From the NCBI GenBank assembly GCA_965198945.1, contig CBDAQI010000001.1, forward strand, positions 160,001 through 224,000: DNA of 64,000 bases, written 5' to 3'. The notes beneath the pieces are model-generated. The model had not been told where the DNA came from, made no database searches, and worked only from the letters and a program-made list of their open reading frames with translations. The position numbers and the translations under genes were made by a program. How positions within the stretch are numbered: position 1 is the stretch's first letter; every line of letters begins with the position of its first letter. Below are positions 21,960 to 31,121 of this stretch, in pieces. Origin of the DNA: Thermodesulfobacteriota bacterium. Lineage in GTDB: Bacteria; Desulfobacterota_D; UBA1144; Nemesobacterales; Mycalebacteriaceae.

Positions 21960-22571
21960 ATGTTGCAAAACAGTATAGAGCGAATAAACGATTTTTGGTT
22001 TGGAGAGACGGACAAAGACGGGTTTTACAACCCGGAAAAATCCTCCAAATGGTTTATCAAAGATGAAAACTTTGACCGTCTCGTGAAACGGGATTTTGCC
22101 GTCTTCTTGCCTTTCGCACGGAGCGGGGAATTGGACCGGATGCTTGAGGTGCCTCGCGGGGCGCTTGCTTTCATAATTCTTACCGACCAGTTTCCGCGAA
22201 ACATACACCGGGGGCTCGCAGAATCTTTCGCTTTTGATGATATTTCCCTTGCCGCCTGTCAAAAAGGCATGGATTCCGGTTTTGACTCCTCTCTTTTGCC
22301 GGTTGAGAGAATTTTCTTTTATATGCCGCTTATGCATTCCGAGGATATTTCCGTTCAGAAAATTTCGGTAAAAGCTTTTTCGTCTCTTGCGGATGAATTT
22401 AAGAATTCTCCGGAGATTTTTAAATTTTTGAAAGGCTCTGCGGATTTTGCATTAAAACATTTTGAAATCATTGAAAAATTCCGCAGGTATCCGCACAGAA
22501 ATAAAATACTGGGACGGGAATCAAATTCCGAAGAGATAGAATTTCTGAAACAGCCGGGGAGTTCGTTTTAG
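21960..22571 (+). CDS. DUF924 family protein
   Basis: FWFG, WF.KD..FD, IILTDQFPRNIHR, FFYMPLMHSE, RYPHRNKILGR. Confidence 0.92.
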   Translation: MLQNSIERINDFWFGETDKDGFYNPEKSSKWFIKDENFDRLVKRDFAVFLPFARSGELDRMLEVPRGALAFIILTDQFPRNIHRGLAESFAFDDISLAACQKGMDSGFDSSLLPVERIFFYMPLMHSEDISVQKISVKAFSSLADEFKNSPEIFKFLKGSADFALKHFEIIEKFRRYPHRNKILGRESNSEEIEFLKQPGSSF

Positions 22572-22698
22572 AATTTTGATAATTTATTGCAGTTGCTGAA
22601 AACTTTCTATGCCGATGTGAAATCAACAAAGCTATTGTCAGACGACAATATTGTATAATAATTTTTGTCTAATATAAACATAGAGTTAGAGGCGGGAA

Positions 22699-22898
22699 AA
22701 ATGTTTTATTATCCAACCACTTTCGGATAAGTATAAAAACGTTGCGACAAAACTTATAAAACTGCAATAAAAAATGCGGGTTTGTTTCCTTGTCTTGTTG
22801 ACGAGGATTATAATCCGGTAAAACTTAAAATTGAAATAATTCAGAAGGAAATTACAAAAAGGCTTAAAATTGCAGTTGAGAAAAAACCGTCGCAGTGA
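22699..22898 (+). pseudogene. Remnant of a nucleoside 2-deoxyribosyltransferase/TIR-like domain gene
   Basis: With one frameshift: KCFIIQPLSDKY/KRCDKTYKTAIKNAGLFPCLVDEDYNPVKLKIEIIQKEITKRLK, resembling the CFVIQPF...YKPAI..AGL.P.RVD N-terminus (recalled similarity). Confidence 0.45.
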
Positions 22899-23065
22899 GG
22901 AAACATCGCCCAATCAAATTTCCACGGTTGAATTTGAAGACGCCGAACTATTTATTTTCTGGTCTTGGTGTTTCAACAACAAAGAATTATTGCGTTGCAA
23001 ATTTGAAATTTAAGCCTATAGACACTTTGTAATAAAGCAGATGCAATGTGGGTATATTTGGACTT

Positions 23066-23479
23066 GTGAAAATCCTCGCCCTTGATGTCGGAACAAAAAC
23101 CATCGGAGTTGCCGCGAGTGATGAGCTCGGCATAACCTCAAACGGTCTCGGCGTTATAAAACGTGCGGGAGAGAAAAAAGACTTGGAGTCTCTCGCGGTT
23201 TTTGTGAACGAACACAAACCCGGTCGCATAGTCGTGGGAATTCCGTTTAATGCGGACGGCTCTCTCGGCGAAAGAGGAAAAAACATAAAAAGTTTTTCCG
23301 AATCTATAAGGGATTTTTTCGGTGTTGAAACGGCTCTGTGGGATGAGAGTTTTTCAACGGTTGAGGCGGAAAAAACCATGATCAAAGCCGGCATGGGAAG
23401 AAAGAGAAGAAAAAAGAAGGTTGATAAGACGGCCGCGGTCGTTATCCTGCGGGAATACCTTGACAGTCTGGAGAGTTAA
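23066..23479 (+). CDS. ruvX: Holliday junction resolvase-like RuvX/YqgF (pre-16S rRNA nuclease)
   Basis: ILALDVGTKTIGVAASD, VVGIP, WDESFST, VDKTAAVVIL. Confidence 0.95.
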   Translation: MKILALDVGTKTIGVAASDELGITSNGLGVIKRAGEKKDLESLAVFVNEHKPGRIVVGIPFNADGSLGERGKNIKSFSESIRDFFGVETALWDESFSTVEAEKTMIKAGMGRKRRKKKVDKTAAVVILREYLDSLES

Positions 23480-24277
23480 ATGCCTTTTGCGAAAGTAAAC
23501 GGAGTGAACATCAACTACGAGGAACACGGCTCAGGCAAACCGGTTTTTCTAATCGGCGGACTTGGAAGCACAATCCAAAGCTGGGATGATCAGGTTGCCG
23601 TCTATTCAAAACATTTCAGAGTAATTGTTTTTGACAATCGGGGGTCAGGTCTTTCGGACAAACCTGTTGAGCCCTATTCAACCGAGGATATGGCGGATGA
23701 CACGGTTGCGCTCGCAGATTTTCTCGGTATTGAAAAAGCGTCTTTCGTCGGCAAGTCAATGGGCGGCATGATAACCCAGTGGATTGGCATTAAGTATCCG
23801 GACAGAACTGAGCGGCTTGTGATGGGATGCTCATCCGCACGCAGGGACGAAGTGGGCAACTTGATACTTGAGACGGGCAGGCACATAGCCGAGAAAGCCG
23901 GGATGGGTGCGGTCTGGCTGACGGCGCTTTTTCTCGGGTATGGCAGAAAATATATTGAAGATAACCTTGCGGAGATAAGAGAACGTCTCTCTCGTGTAAA
24001 AACAGCTCCCGAAGACATAGCAGGCTACCACGGCCAGTGCGGAGCGTGCGAAGGTCACGAAACAGCCAGTTTGTTGCATCTCATAAAAGCGCCGACCCTC
24101 GTAATGTTCGGAACGGAGGACAATGTTACCGACCCGACCCGTGCGGCGGAGGTGGGGGAGTTGATAGCGGATTCAAGAGTTTGCGCCTTTGACGGTGCGG
24201 GACACGGATTTTGGCGAGAAAAGAAAGACGAGGTTGATGGCCTGGTGATTGACTTTCTTATGGAAAACAATACCTAA
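23480..24277 (+). CDS. Alpha/beta hydrolase (PcaD/MhpC-like)
   Basis: DNRGSG, nucleophile elbow GKSMGG, GTED, GAGH. Confidence 0.9.
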   Translation: MPFAKVNGVNINYEEHGSGKPVFLIGGLGSTIQSWDDQVAVYSKHFRVIVFDNRGSGLSDKPVEPYSTEDMADDTVALADFLGIEKASFVGKSMGGMITQWIGIKYPDRTERLVMGCSSARRDEVGNLILETGRHIAEKAGMGAVWLTALFLGYGRKYIEDNLAEIRERLSRVKTAPEDIAGYHGQCGACEGHETASLLHLIKAPTLVMFGTEDNVTDPTRAAEVGELIADSRVCAFDGAGHGFWREKKDEVDGLVIDFLMENNT

Positions 24278-24307
24278 TTAAATGTAGGAACCGGTGAGGT
24301 CTGAAAA

Positions 24308-24760
24308 TTGAGACTGAGACTTTTTCTTTTTAGATCATATGGAGGTGACTCCGCCGCTTTCGTAGCGAGGCTTTTTCTCGGCGGAGTTATGTTGCCTCAC
24401 GGTCTTGAAAAACTTCTGAATTTTGACCAGACAATGGCGGGGCTCACCGCCGGTGTGGGTCTTCCTTCCACGGTGGCGTTTCTTGTGATAATGGCGGAAT
24501 CGGTTGGCTCCGTCTCCCTCATCATAGGTTTGATGTCTCGTTTTTGCGCTCTTTCCATCGGAATTATAATGACCGGAGCAATCTGGATGTTTCATCTCAA
24601 CCACGGCTTCTTTATGAACTGGAAAGGGGAGCTGGAGAAAGGAGGAGAGGGGTATGAATACCACCTTCTCGCCATCGCTCTCGCCCTTGTTATAACTATT
24701 TCAGGCGGCGGAAAATTTTCGGTGGACAGTTTGATTACACGTTTGCTGAAGGGGTCTTAG
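24308..24760 (+). CDS. DoxX family membrane protein, copy 1
   Basis: R..LG...PHGLEK, AESVG, HGFFMNW, GEGYEYHLL, GGGKFSVD. Confidence 0.92.
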   Translation: MRLRLFLFRSYGGDSAAFVARLFLGGVMLPHGLEKLLNFDQTMAGLTAGVGLPSTVAFLVIMAESVGSVSLIIGLMSRFCALSIGIIMTGAIWMFHLNHGFFMNWKGELEKGGEGYEYHLLAIALALVITISGGGKFSVDSLITRLLKGS

Positions 24761-24986
24761 TCATTTTTTCTCCGCACGCCGGATATATCCGTTGCGTGCG
24801 CATCACTCTTTTGCCCGCGCTTTGCCGGTTTTCCGCAAACCGTCTGCCGTGCGTAAGGCTTTAGTATGCGTTTTGTGTTTGTAACGCCGTTACTCTTCAA
24901 AACAGACGGGTTTAGGGCTGTTCTGGTGTTTGACTTTGTTAAGGGCGGTGCTATTTTATAATAATTAAGGACTCAGGAGGTCAAAA

Positions 24987-25433
24987 ATGAAGTTGCTTTC
25001 TCAGAAGTTACTTTTTCAAACCGATGAAAACATTGCGGGTCTCGTAGCAAGAGTTTGTCTCGGAGTGGTTATCTTTCCTCACGGTCTTCCCAAACTCATG
25101 ACTTTTGAGCAGACAATGAACGGGTTTACCAATGGTCTGGGCCTTCCGACAGTCGTGGCGTTTCTTGTGATAATAGGCGAATCAATCGGAGCAATTTCTC
25201 TTATTCTGGGTTTTATGTCTCGCTTTTGCGCATTTTCAATCGGCATCATAATGGTTGGTGTGGCCTGGATATTCCATTTTGAAAACGGCTTTTTTATGAA
25301 CTGGAGGGGCAATTTGAACGGAGAGGGTTATGAATACTTTATTCTTGCCGTCGGTCTCGCCCTGGTTGTTACCTTTTCCGGTGGTGGAAAATTTTCCCTT
25401 GACCGGTTGATTACGCGCTCTTATCTGCGCTGA
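24987..25433 (+). CDS. DoxX family membrane protein, copy 2
   Basis: PHGLPK, GFFMNW, GEGYEY, GGGKFSLD; SD AGGAGG and a TTGACT...TATTTT promoter-like sequence upstream. Confidence 0.92.
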   Translation: MKLLSQKLLFQTDENIAGLVARVCLGVVIFPHGLPKLMTFEQTMNGFTNGLGLPTVVAFLVIIGESIGAISLILGFMSRFCAFSIGIIMVGVAWIFHFENGFFMNWRGNLNGEGYEYFILAVGLALVVTFSGGGKFSLDRLITRSYLR

Positions 25434-25538
25434 TTCAAAGCCCGCTCCCGGTTGCGGAGACACGGGAGCCCATACCCGACTCAAATTTCGGTGATTTTGG
25501 CGGTTGACTTTTTTCCGGGAAATGGTGTCTAATTTTGT

Positions 25539-25988
25539 ATGCATTGGGGGCTGAGGTTTGTTTTTGGAACTGATGATGGCCTGGGGGGTCTGATAGCGAG
25601 GCTTTTTCTCGGAATCGTCATGTTGCCTCACGGTGTTCCAAATCTCCTGGATTTTGACCGGGCAATGGCCGGCCTGACCGCCGGAGTGGGGATATCTTCA
25701 TCAGTGGCTTTTCTGGTAATAATCGGAGAATCATTCGGCGCAGCCGCTCTCATTCTGGGCTTTATGTCTCGTTTTTGTGCTCTTTCAATAGCAACCATCA
25801 TGGTCGGAGCAATCTGGACATTGCATCTCAGCCATGGTTTTTTTATGAACTGGGGAGACACTAAGGCGGGGGAGGGTTATGAGTATCATCTTCTCGCAAT
25901 TGGTCTTGCCCTTTTCGTTGCTGTTTGCGGCGGGGGAAGGATTTCGCTTGACGGTCTGCTAGCCCGCCGTTATCTGATCTCACGTTGA
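25539..25988 (+). CDS. DoxX family membrane protein, copy 3
   Basis: PHGVPN, HGFFMNW, GEGYEYHLL, GGGRISLD. Confidence 0.92.
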   Translation: MHWGLRFVFGTDDGLGGLIARLFLGIVMLPHGVPNLLDFDRAMAGLTAGVGISSSVAFLVIIGESFGAAALILGFMSRFCALSIATIMVGAIWTLHLSHGFFMNWGDTKAGEGYEYHLLAIGLALFVAVCGGGRISLDGLLARRYLISR

Positions 25989-26015
25989 TCCTCCCGTTTC
26001 GGGAGTGCGGACGAC

Positions 26016-26339
26016 CTATTTCTTTTCCGGAGTGCCGACGGCGCTTTCAAGTTCTCCGCTCCGGAACATCTCATCGCAGATGTCGCAACCCCCTATGAAC
26101 TCGCCGTTTATGTAAAGCTGGGGAATTGTAGGCCAGTTGGAAAAGTCCTTTATTCCCTGGCGAATTTCCTCATTTTCCAGCACGTTGACCGTTTCATAAC
26201 GGACGCCGAGTGTGTTGAGTATCTGCACGACCCTTGCGGAAAATCCGCACATCGGCTGCTCTCTGGTTCCCTTCATGTAGAGAAGAACGGGGTTGTTTTT
26301 CACCTGAGAGCTGATTGTATTTTTGATATCTTCAGACAT
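26016..26339 (-). CDS. grxD: Monothiol glutaredoxin (CGFS type)
   Basis: MKGT..PMCGFS, WPTIPQLY, GGCDI. Confidence 0.96.
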   Translation of the reverse strand: MSEDIKNTISSQVKNNPVLLYMKGTREQPMCGFSARVVQILNTLGVRYETVNVLENEEIRQGIKDFSNWPTIPQLYINGEFIGGCDICDEMFRSGELESAVGTPEKK

Positions 26340-26587
26340 TTTTCTCCTCCGTTTTTAAGGGAATCCCACTGTTTCTGTGTATAGGTTTTGATTGAAAGTG
26401 CGTGAATATCTTCCTTCATTGCGCCGCCGAGGGCGGAATAGACGAGTTTGTGCCTCTCAACCGGTGTTTTTCCCTCAAAATTGCCCGAAACAACCACCGC
26501 TTCAAAGTGTCTTCCGTCTCCCTGAACATCAACATGGGTTGTGTCGAGAGATTTTTCTATTGCTGATTTAATGCTTTCCGGGCTCAC
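26300..26587 (-). CDS. bolA: BolA/IbaG family protein
   Basis: GDGRHFEAVVVS, RHKLVY, IHALSIKT. Likely GTG start at 26587, 7 nt after TTGACA-17-GATAAT. Confidence 0.9.
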   Translation of the reverse strand: MSPESIKSAIEKSLDTTHVDVQGDGRHFEAVVVSGNFEGKTPVERHKLVYSALGGAMKEDIHALSIKTYTQKQWDSLKNGGEKCLKISKIQSALR

Positions 26588-26644
26588 GGGTGTTATTATC
26601 TTTGCCGGCCCAATGGTTGTCAATAAATAAACGGAGACAGAGAA

Positions 26645-27085
26645 ATGCTTGTGTCGGAAATAATGAGTAAGCCCGCAATAACTGTGAGTGAAAACGCTCT
26701 GCTGAGGGATGTCGCCGCATTGATTTCAAAAAACTCAATCGGCTGTCTTCCCGTTGTGGATGAAGGCGGAAAACTTGTCGGAATCATATCGGAGAGCGAT
26801 TTTATCGGCGCGATGCAGGGTGTTCCTTTTTCAAGACAGACCGGACACGTGCTGTTCGGCAAATGGACCGATGGCAAAGGAATTGTGCGCAGCTGTAGAG
26901 AAGCGGGCGGGCTCCACCTCAAAGATTTCATGCAGTCCCGTGTTTTTACGGTGGAAGAAAACGAGACTGTTGAAAACGCGGTGACCGTAATGCTGAAGAA
27001 CCGTGTTCACAAACTGCCCGTCTTAAAAGACGGCAAGCCTGTCGGAATATTTTCCAGAAAAGACCTGCTGAAGATTTTTGAGTAG
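26645..27085 (+). CDS. Tandem CBS-domain protein
   Basis: VSEIMS, LPVVD..GKLVGIISESD, LPVL..GKPVGIFSRKDLL. Confidence 0.9.
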   Translation: MLVSEIMSKPAITVSENALLRDVAALISKNSIGCLPVVDEGGKLVGIISESDFIGAMQGVPFSRQTGHVLFGKWTDGKGIVRSCREAGGLHLKDFMQSRVFTVEENETVENAVTVMLKNRVHKLPVLKDGKPVGIFSRKDLLKIFE

Positions 27086-27115
27086 TACGCAGTTCAGTCA
27101 AAGGAAATCTGTCTT

Positions 27116-28501
27116 TTGTATCCGAGGGTAGTTATTGCGGGAGAGCGGAGCGGGTGCGGCAAAACCGCCGTCTCACTAGCGCTGATGAACGCTCTTTCAC
27201 GCAGAGGTCTGCGTGTGCAGGGTTTCAAGACCGGGCCGGACTACATAGACCCTTCGCACTACGAATCCAGAACCGGCTTGGGCGGAAGAAACATAGACCT
27301 GTGGATGACAAAACCATATCACGTCCTTGAACTTTTCTGCCATAATGCCTCGCGCGCTGATATTTCGGTTATTGAAGGCGTTATGGGTCTCTACGACGGG
27401 GCTTATCCGGACAACACGGCGAGCACGGCCCACACGGCAAAGTTTCTCGGCGCTCCCGTGATTCTGGTTTTGAACGGCAGAGGCGGCTCACAGACCGCAG
27501 CCGCAGCCGCGCTCGGTTTGAAGATGTTTGATGCGGATATAAACATTGCGGGTTTTGTGCTGAATCGTGTTTTTTCAAAAGCTCGCGCCCACACGGTCGC
27601 ACGCACGGTTACGGAAAAAACCGGCATACGGTTTCTGGGGTTCATTCCCGAAGAGGACGAAATTGCCGTCGCTTCAAGGCACCTCGGTCTTATGCATGCG
27701 GCGGAGGTCCCGGTCTGCGCGAAAACACTCTCCACGGAAGCGGATATCGTCTTAAAATCGCTTGATGTTGAGCGGATTGAAAAAATAGCCCGCTCGGCTC
27801 CCCCTCTTGTTTCTTCACCGCTCGGCGGTAACTCACTGTTTCCCTCCACACGCCGGCCGCAGACCGTGCGGCTTGCGGTCGCCCGCGACAGGGCATTTTC
27901 GTTCTACTACGAAGACACTCTTGAACTGCTCTCACTGTGGGGGTGTGAGATAGCAGCCTTTTCCCCTCTGCGCGAAGAGCGTTTGCCCGAAGGGACGGAT
28001 GCGGTTTTCATAGGCGGGGGGTTCCCCGAACTTTATTGCGAGGAGCTTGAGGGTAACGCTTCAATGAGAAGTCATTTGCGCAGTTTCGCGCTTGCGGGCG
28101 GGGCTGTTTACGCCGAATGCGGCGGGATGATGTATCTGGGCGGCGTGCTGAAAAATTTGAAAGGGCGCGGTTTTGAGATGTGCGGTGTGCTCCCGGTGGA
28201 TTTTGAGATGCGTCCCCGTCTTCACTCTCTGGGATACAGAGAAATTGTCGCCGGGGGAAACGCCGGTTTTTTCCGTTCGGGAGACAATGAAAAAGGGCAT
28301 GAGTTTCATTATTCCAAACTTGCGGACGGGTGTTCGGAGCCGGGTTTTTTTGAGATAACAAAGTCGGCGGGAGGGAGTTTCCGCGGCGGAGTCTGTTTCC
28401 GCAACACCGTCGCTTCGTATATTCATTTGAATCTTTTGTCGTCCGGCATGGTAAAAATCATACCGGAAAGGGTTCAGTCCCTTGCGAGGGCGGCGGTTTG
28501 A
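27116..28501 (+). CDS. cobB: Cobyrinate/hydrogenobyrinate a,c-diamide synthase
   Basis: SGCGKT, FKTGPDYID, IEGVMGLYDG, SRHLGL, GGGFPE, AECGGMMYL, GHEFHYS. Confidence 0.95.
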   Translation: MYPRVVIAGERSGCGKTAVSLALMNALSRRGLRVQGFKTGPDYIDPSHYESRTGLGGRNIDLWMTKPYHVLELFCHNASRADISVIEGVMGLYDGAYPDNTASTAHTAKFLGAPVILVLNGRGGSQTAAAAALGLKMFDADINIAGFVLNRVFSKARAHTVARTVTEKTGIRFLGFIPEEDEIAVASRHLGLMHAAEVPVCAKTLSTEADIVLKSLDVERIEKIARSAPPLVSSPLGGNSLFPSTRRPQTVRLAVARDRAFSFYYEDTLELLSLWGCEIAAFSPLREERLPEGTDAVFIGGGFPELYCEELEGNASMRSHLRSFALAGGAVYAECGGMMYLGGVLKNLKGRGFEMCGVLPVDFEMRPRLHSLGYREIVAGGNAGFFRSGDNEKGHEFHYSKLADGCSEPGFFEITKSAGGSFRGGVCFRNTVASYIHLNLLSSGMVKIIPERVQSLARAAV

Positions 28502-29565
28502 AATTTTCCACTCACACTTCGGTGCCATTTCACGGCGGGCTTGATTATGAAGAAATTCTCAATATGGGGCTTGATCCCGCCCGTGTAATTGATTTTTCAA
28601 ACAATTTAAACCCGTTTTTTCCGTCTTCTGACCTGCTTGCGGGCGCGTGCGCCGGTGCGCGGGACTATCCGGATGCCGGGTATTCGGATTTGCGCCGCGC
28701 CGTTGCGGACGCTCACGACACTTTGCCCGAATGCGTTTTCGCGGGAAACGGGGCTTCTGAGATAGTGCATCTTTTGTGCAGGTGCATTCCCTCATCCGGC
28801 TCGGTTTTGGTCCCCGTGCCGACATTTTCCGAATACGAAAGAGCGGCCGCGATTTCCTCTATACGGACGGTTTTGTGTCATGCCGGAGAGGACTTGAGAT
28901 TCAACTCCCGCTCTGTGGCTTCGGAGATTGAGAGCTGCCGTCCCGACCTTGTTTTTCTGTGCAATCCCAACAACCCGACCGGTCTTTATCTTTCCCGTTC
29001 GGAAGTTGAGGAGATTGTTTCCGCCGCGCGTGAAGCGGTTGTGGTTGTAGATGAATCATATGTGGATTTTGTGGAAAACAAATGGGACTCAACTTCCCTT
29101 TTGGCTTCGGAAAATGTTGTGATTCTCCGCTCGCTTGCAAAATTTTACGGACTTGCCGGAATAAGGCTCGGATATGCGCTTTCAAGCCCGCGTGTGGTTT
29201 CAGTTCTCAACGCCGTGCGCCCGCCGTGGAATGTGAATTCGGTCGCTTGCAGGGCAGCACAGTCTATTTTTTCACTGCCGGCTGCCGTCTGTGATGAAAG
29301 CAGACGACTTGTTCTTGAGGCGAGAGCGAGTTTCGTTCAACTTCTGGAAGACGCTGGAAAGGAGTGTCTGCCGACCGACACGGGCTTTTTTCTTGTAAAA
29401 ACTCCGAACGCCGGTTCGGTCAGAGAGCGGCTGCTGAAAAAAGGCGTCTGTGTGCGTGACTGTTCTTCTTTTGGTCTTCCCTCGCATATACGCCTTGCCG
29501 CCCGCCCCCGGAAGGAGTGCGAAAAACTTCTAAGAGCATGGACGGAAACAGACCGTGAAAGCTAA
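28498..29565 (+). CDS. cobD: Threonine-phosphate decarboxylase (PLP, class I/II aminotransferase fold)
   Basis: HGG, DFSNNLNP, GNGASE, CNPNNPTG, DESY, SLAKFYGLAGIRLGY; cob context. Confidence 0.85.
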   Translation: MKFSTHTSVPFHGGLDYEEILNMGLDPARVIDFSNNLNPFFPSSDLLAGACAGARDYPDAGYSDLRRAVADAHDTLPECVFAGNGASEIVHLLCRCIPSSGSVLVPVPTFSEYERAAAISSIRTVLCHAGEDLRFNSRSVASEIESCRPDLVFLCNPNNPTGLYLSRSEVEEIVSAAREAVVVVDESYVDFVENKWDSTSLLASENVVILRSLAKFYGLAGIRLGYALSSPRVVSVLNAVRPPWNVNSVACRAAQSIFSLPAAVCDESRRLVLEARASFVQLLEDAGKECLPTDTGFFLVKTPNAGSVRERLLKKGVCVRDCSSFGLPSHIRLAARPRKECEKLLRAWTETDRES

Positions 29566-31066
29566 AACTTTGATGATTCAAGGCACGGCGTCTCATGTGG
29601 GAAAAACCGTTATAGCCGCCGGGCTGTGCAGGGTTTTTGCCCGTAAAGGGTTTTCCGTGGCTCCGTTCAAATCTCAAAATATGAGTTTGAATTCCTTTGT
29701 CACAAAAGACGGCTCGGAGATTGGAAGGGCGCAGGCGATGCAGGCACAGGCTGCGGGCACCGAGCCGCTTGCTGATATGAATCCCATACTTCTCAAGCCG
29801 CTGAAAGATGACGGCTCTCAGGTTGTGGTTCTCGGCAAACCCTCTGGCAATATGACTTTCACCGAGTATATGGAGTTTCGTCCGCAAGCCCTGAGCGTTG
29901 TGAAGGGTTCTCTTGAGCGTCTTATGAAAAAATTTGACCTGATAGTGGTGGAAGGCGCGGGCGGTGCGGCGGAAGTCAACTTCTCCCGCACTGAAATAGT
30001 AAATATGGCGATTGCAAAACTCGCGGACGCGCCGGTTCTGCTTGTGGGCGACATCGACAGGGGAGGGGTGTTTGCCTCTCTTGTGGGAACGCTTGAGCTG
30101 CTTGAGCGCAGTGAGAGGGAGCGTGTGCGCGGTCTGATAATAAACAAGTTTCGCGGTGACAGGTCTTTGCTTGATGATGGAATCGGGTTTCTTGAGAAGA
30201 AAACCGGAAAGCCTGTTGTGGGGGTTGTGCCACACATTGACCGGTTTTTTATTGACGATGAAGATTCGGTTTCCCTTGAAAATTTTACGCCGGAGAGTAC
30301 GGGCGGTGATGTGAAGGTGTGTGTTCCGAGATTTCCACGCATATCAAACTTTACAGACCTGCGTCCGCTTGAAATGGAAGACGGGGTTTCGGTTCTGTAT
30401 GCGCAAAGACCTTCGGAACTTGAAGATGCTGACGCGCTCGTGCTTGCCGGCAGCAAAGTGACAATTGCCGACTTGCGGTTTTTGAAAGAAAGCGCAATGG
30501 CGGAGAAGATTTCAGAAATGTGTGAGAGAGGCGTCCCGGTTGTGGCCGTTTGCGGCGGCTATCAGATGCTGGGGTCGCTTCTTGCGGACGAAAACGCCTT
30601 GGAGTCGGAGCGGGTTTTAGAGGAAGGGCTTGGTATTTTCCCTTTGAAAACTGAGATAAAAGAGAAGAAAATCCTCAGACAGACCTCAGCCGTAATCAAA
30701 AGCGGCGGCAAGGTATTTGCGGAAATTGAGGGCGGTGAAGTGAGTGGATACGAGATTCGTATGGGGCAAACTCGGTTTTTCGGCGAATCCTCAAACGGGG
30801 TCAGGTCTTTCCTTGAAAAACGGGACGGCTCTTTTGACGGAATGGTGAGTGAGGGAGGCAACGTTTACGGCACATATTTGCACGGGATTTTTGAGAATGA
30901 CAATTTCCGGCGCGCCTTTTTGGGGTATTTGCGGAAAAACAGGGGACTGCCTGATAAAGAGGTCACAAATTTCGCGCCTGAGATGGAAAAACAGTATGAC
31001 AGGCTCGCGGATTGTTTGGAAGAAAACCTGAATATTGATGTGATTTTAGACTTAGTTCACCGATAA
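29555..31066 (+). CDS. cobQ: Cobyric acid synthase
   Basis: MIQGTASHVGKT, PFKSQNM, MNPILLKP, DIDRGG, NKFRGD, SNFTD, CGGYQMLG, GTYLHG. Confidence 0.96.
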   Translation: MKAKTLMIQGTASHVGKTVIAAGLCRVFARKGFSVAPFKSQNMSLNSFVTKDGSEIGRAQAMQAQAAGTEPLADMNPILLKPLKDDGSQVVVLGKPSGNMTFTEYMEFRPQALSVVKGSLERLMKKFDLIVVEGAGGAAEVNFSRTEIVNMAIAKLADAPVLLVGDIDRGGVFASLVGTLELLERSERERVRGLIINKFRGDRSLLDDGIGFLEKKTGKPVVGVVPHIDRFFIDDEDSVSLENFTPESTGGDVKVCVPRFPRISNFTDLRPLEMEDGVSVLYAQRPSELEDADALVLAGSKVTIADLRFLKESAMAEKISEMCERGVPVVAVCGGYQMLGSLLADENALESERVLEEGLGIFPLKTEIKEKKILRQTSAVIKSGGKVFAEIEGGEVSGYEIRMGQTRFFGESSNGVRSFLEKRDGSFDGMVSEGGNVYGTYLHGIFENDNFRRAFLGYLRKNRGLPDKEVTNFAPEMEKQYDRLADCLEENLNIDVILDLVHR

Positions 31067-31121
31067 GGAGTTTTTTCTGTTATGTTGTTTTGGAGTCCGG
31101 AGAGCGGACGGGGAGACAAAA

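Noticed and set aside
22572..23040. oriC in the AT-rich intergenic gap
   Set aside because: No consensus DnaA boxes seen; better explained as a gene relic.
29420..30456. Long antisense ORFs (e.g. 29420-30235, 29818-30456) and many similar shadow ORFs
   Set aside because: They lie opposite well-conserved genes, have no recognisable motifs, and are expected from codon bias.
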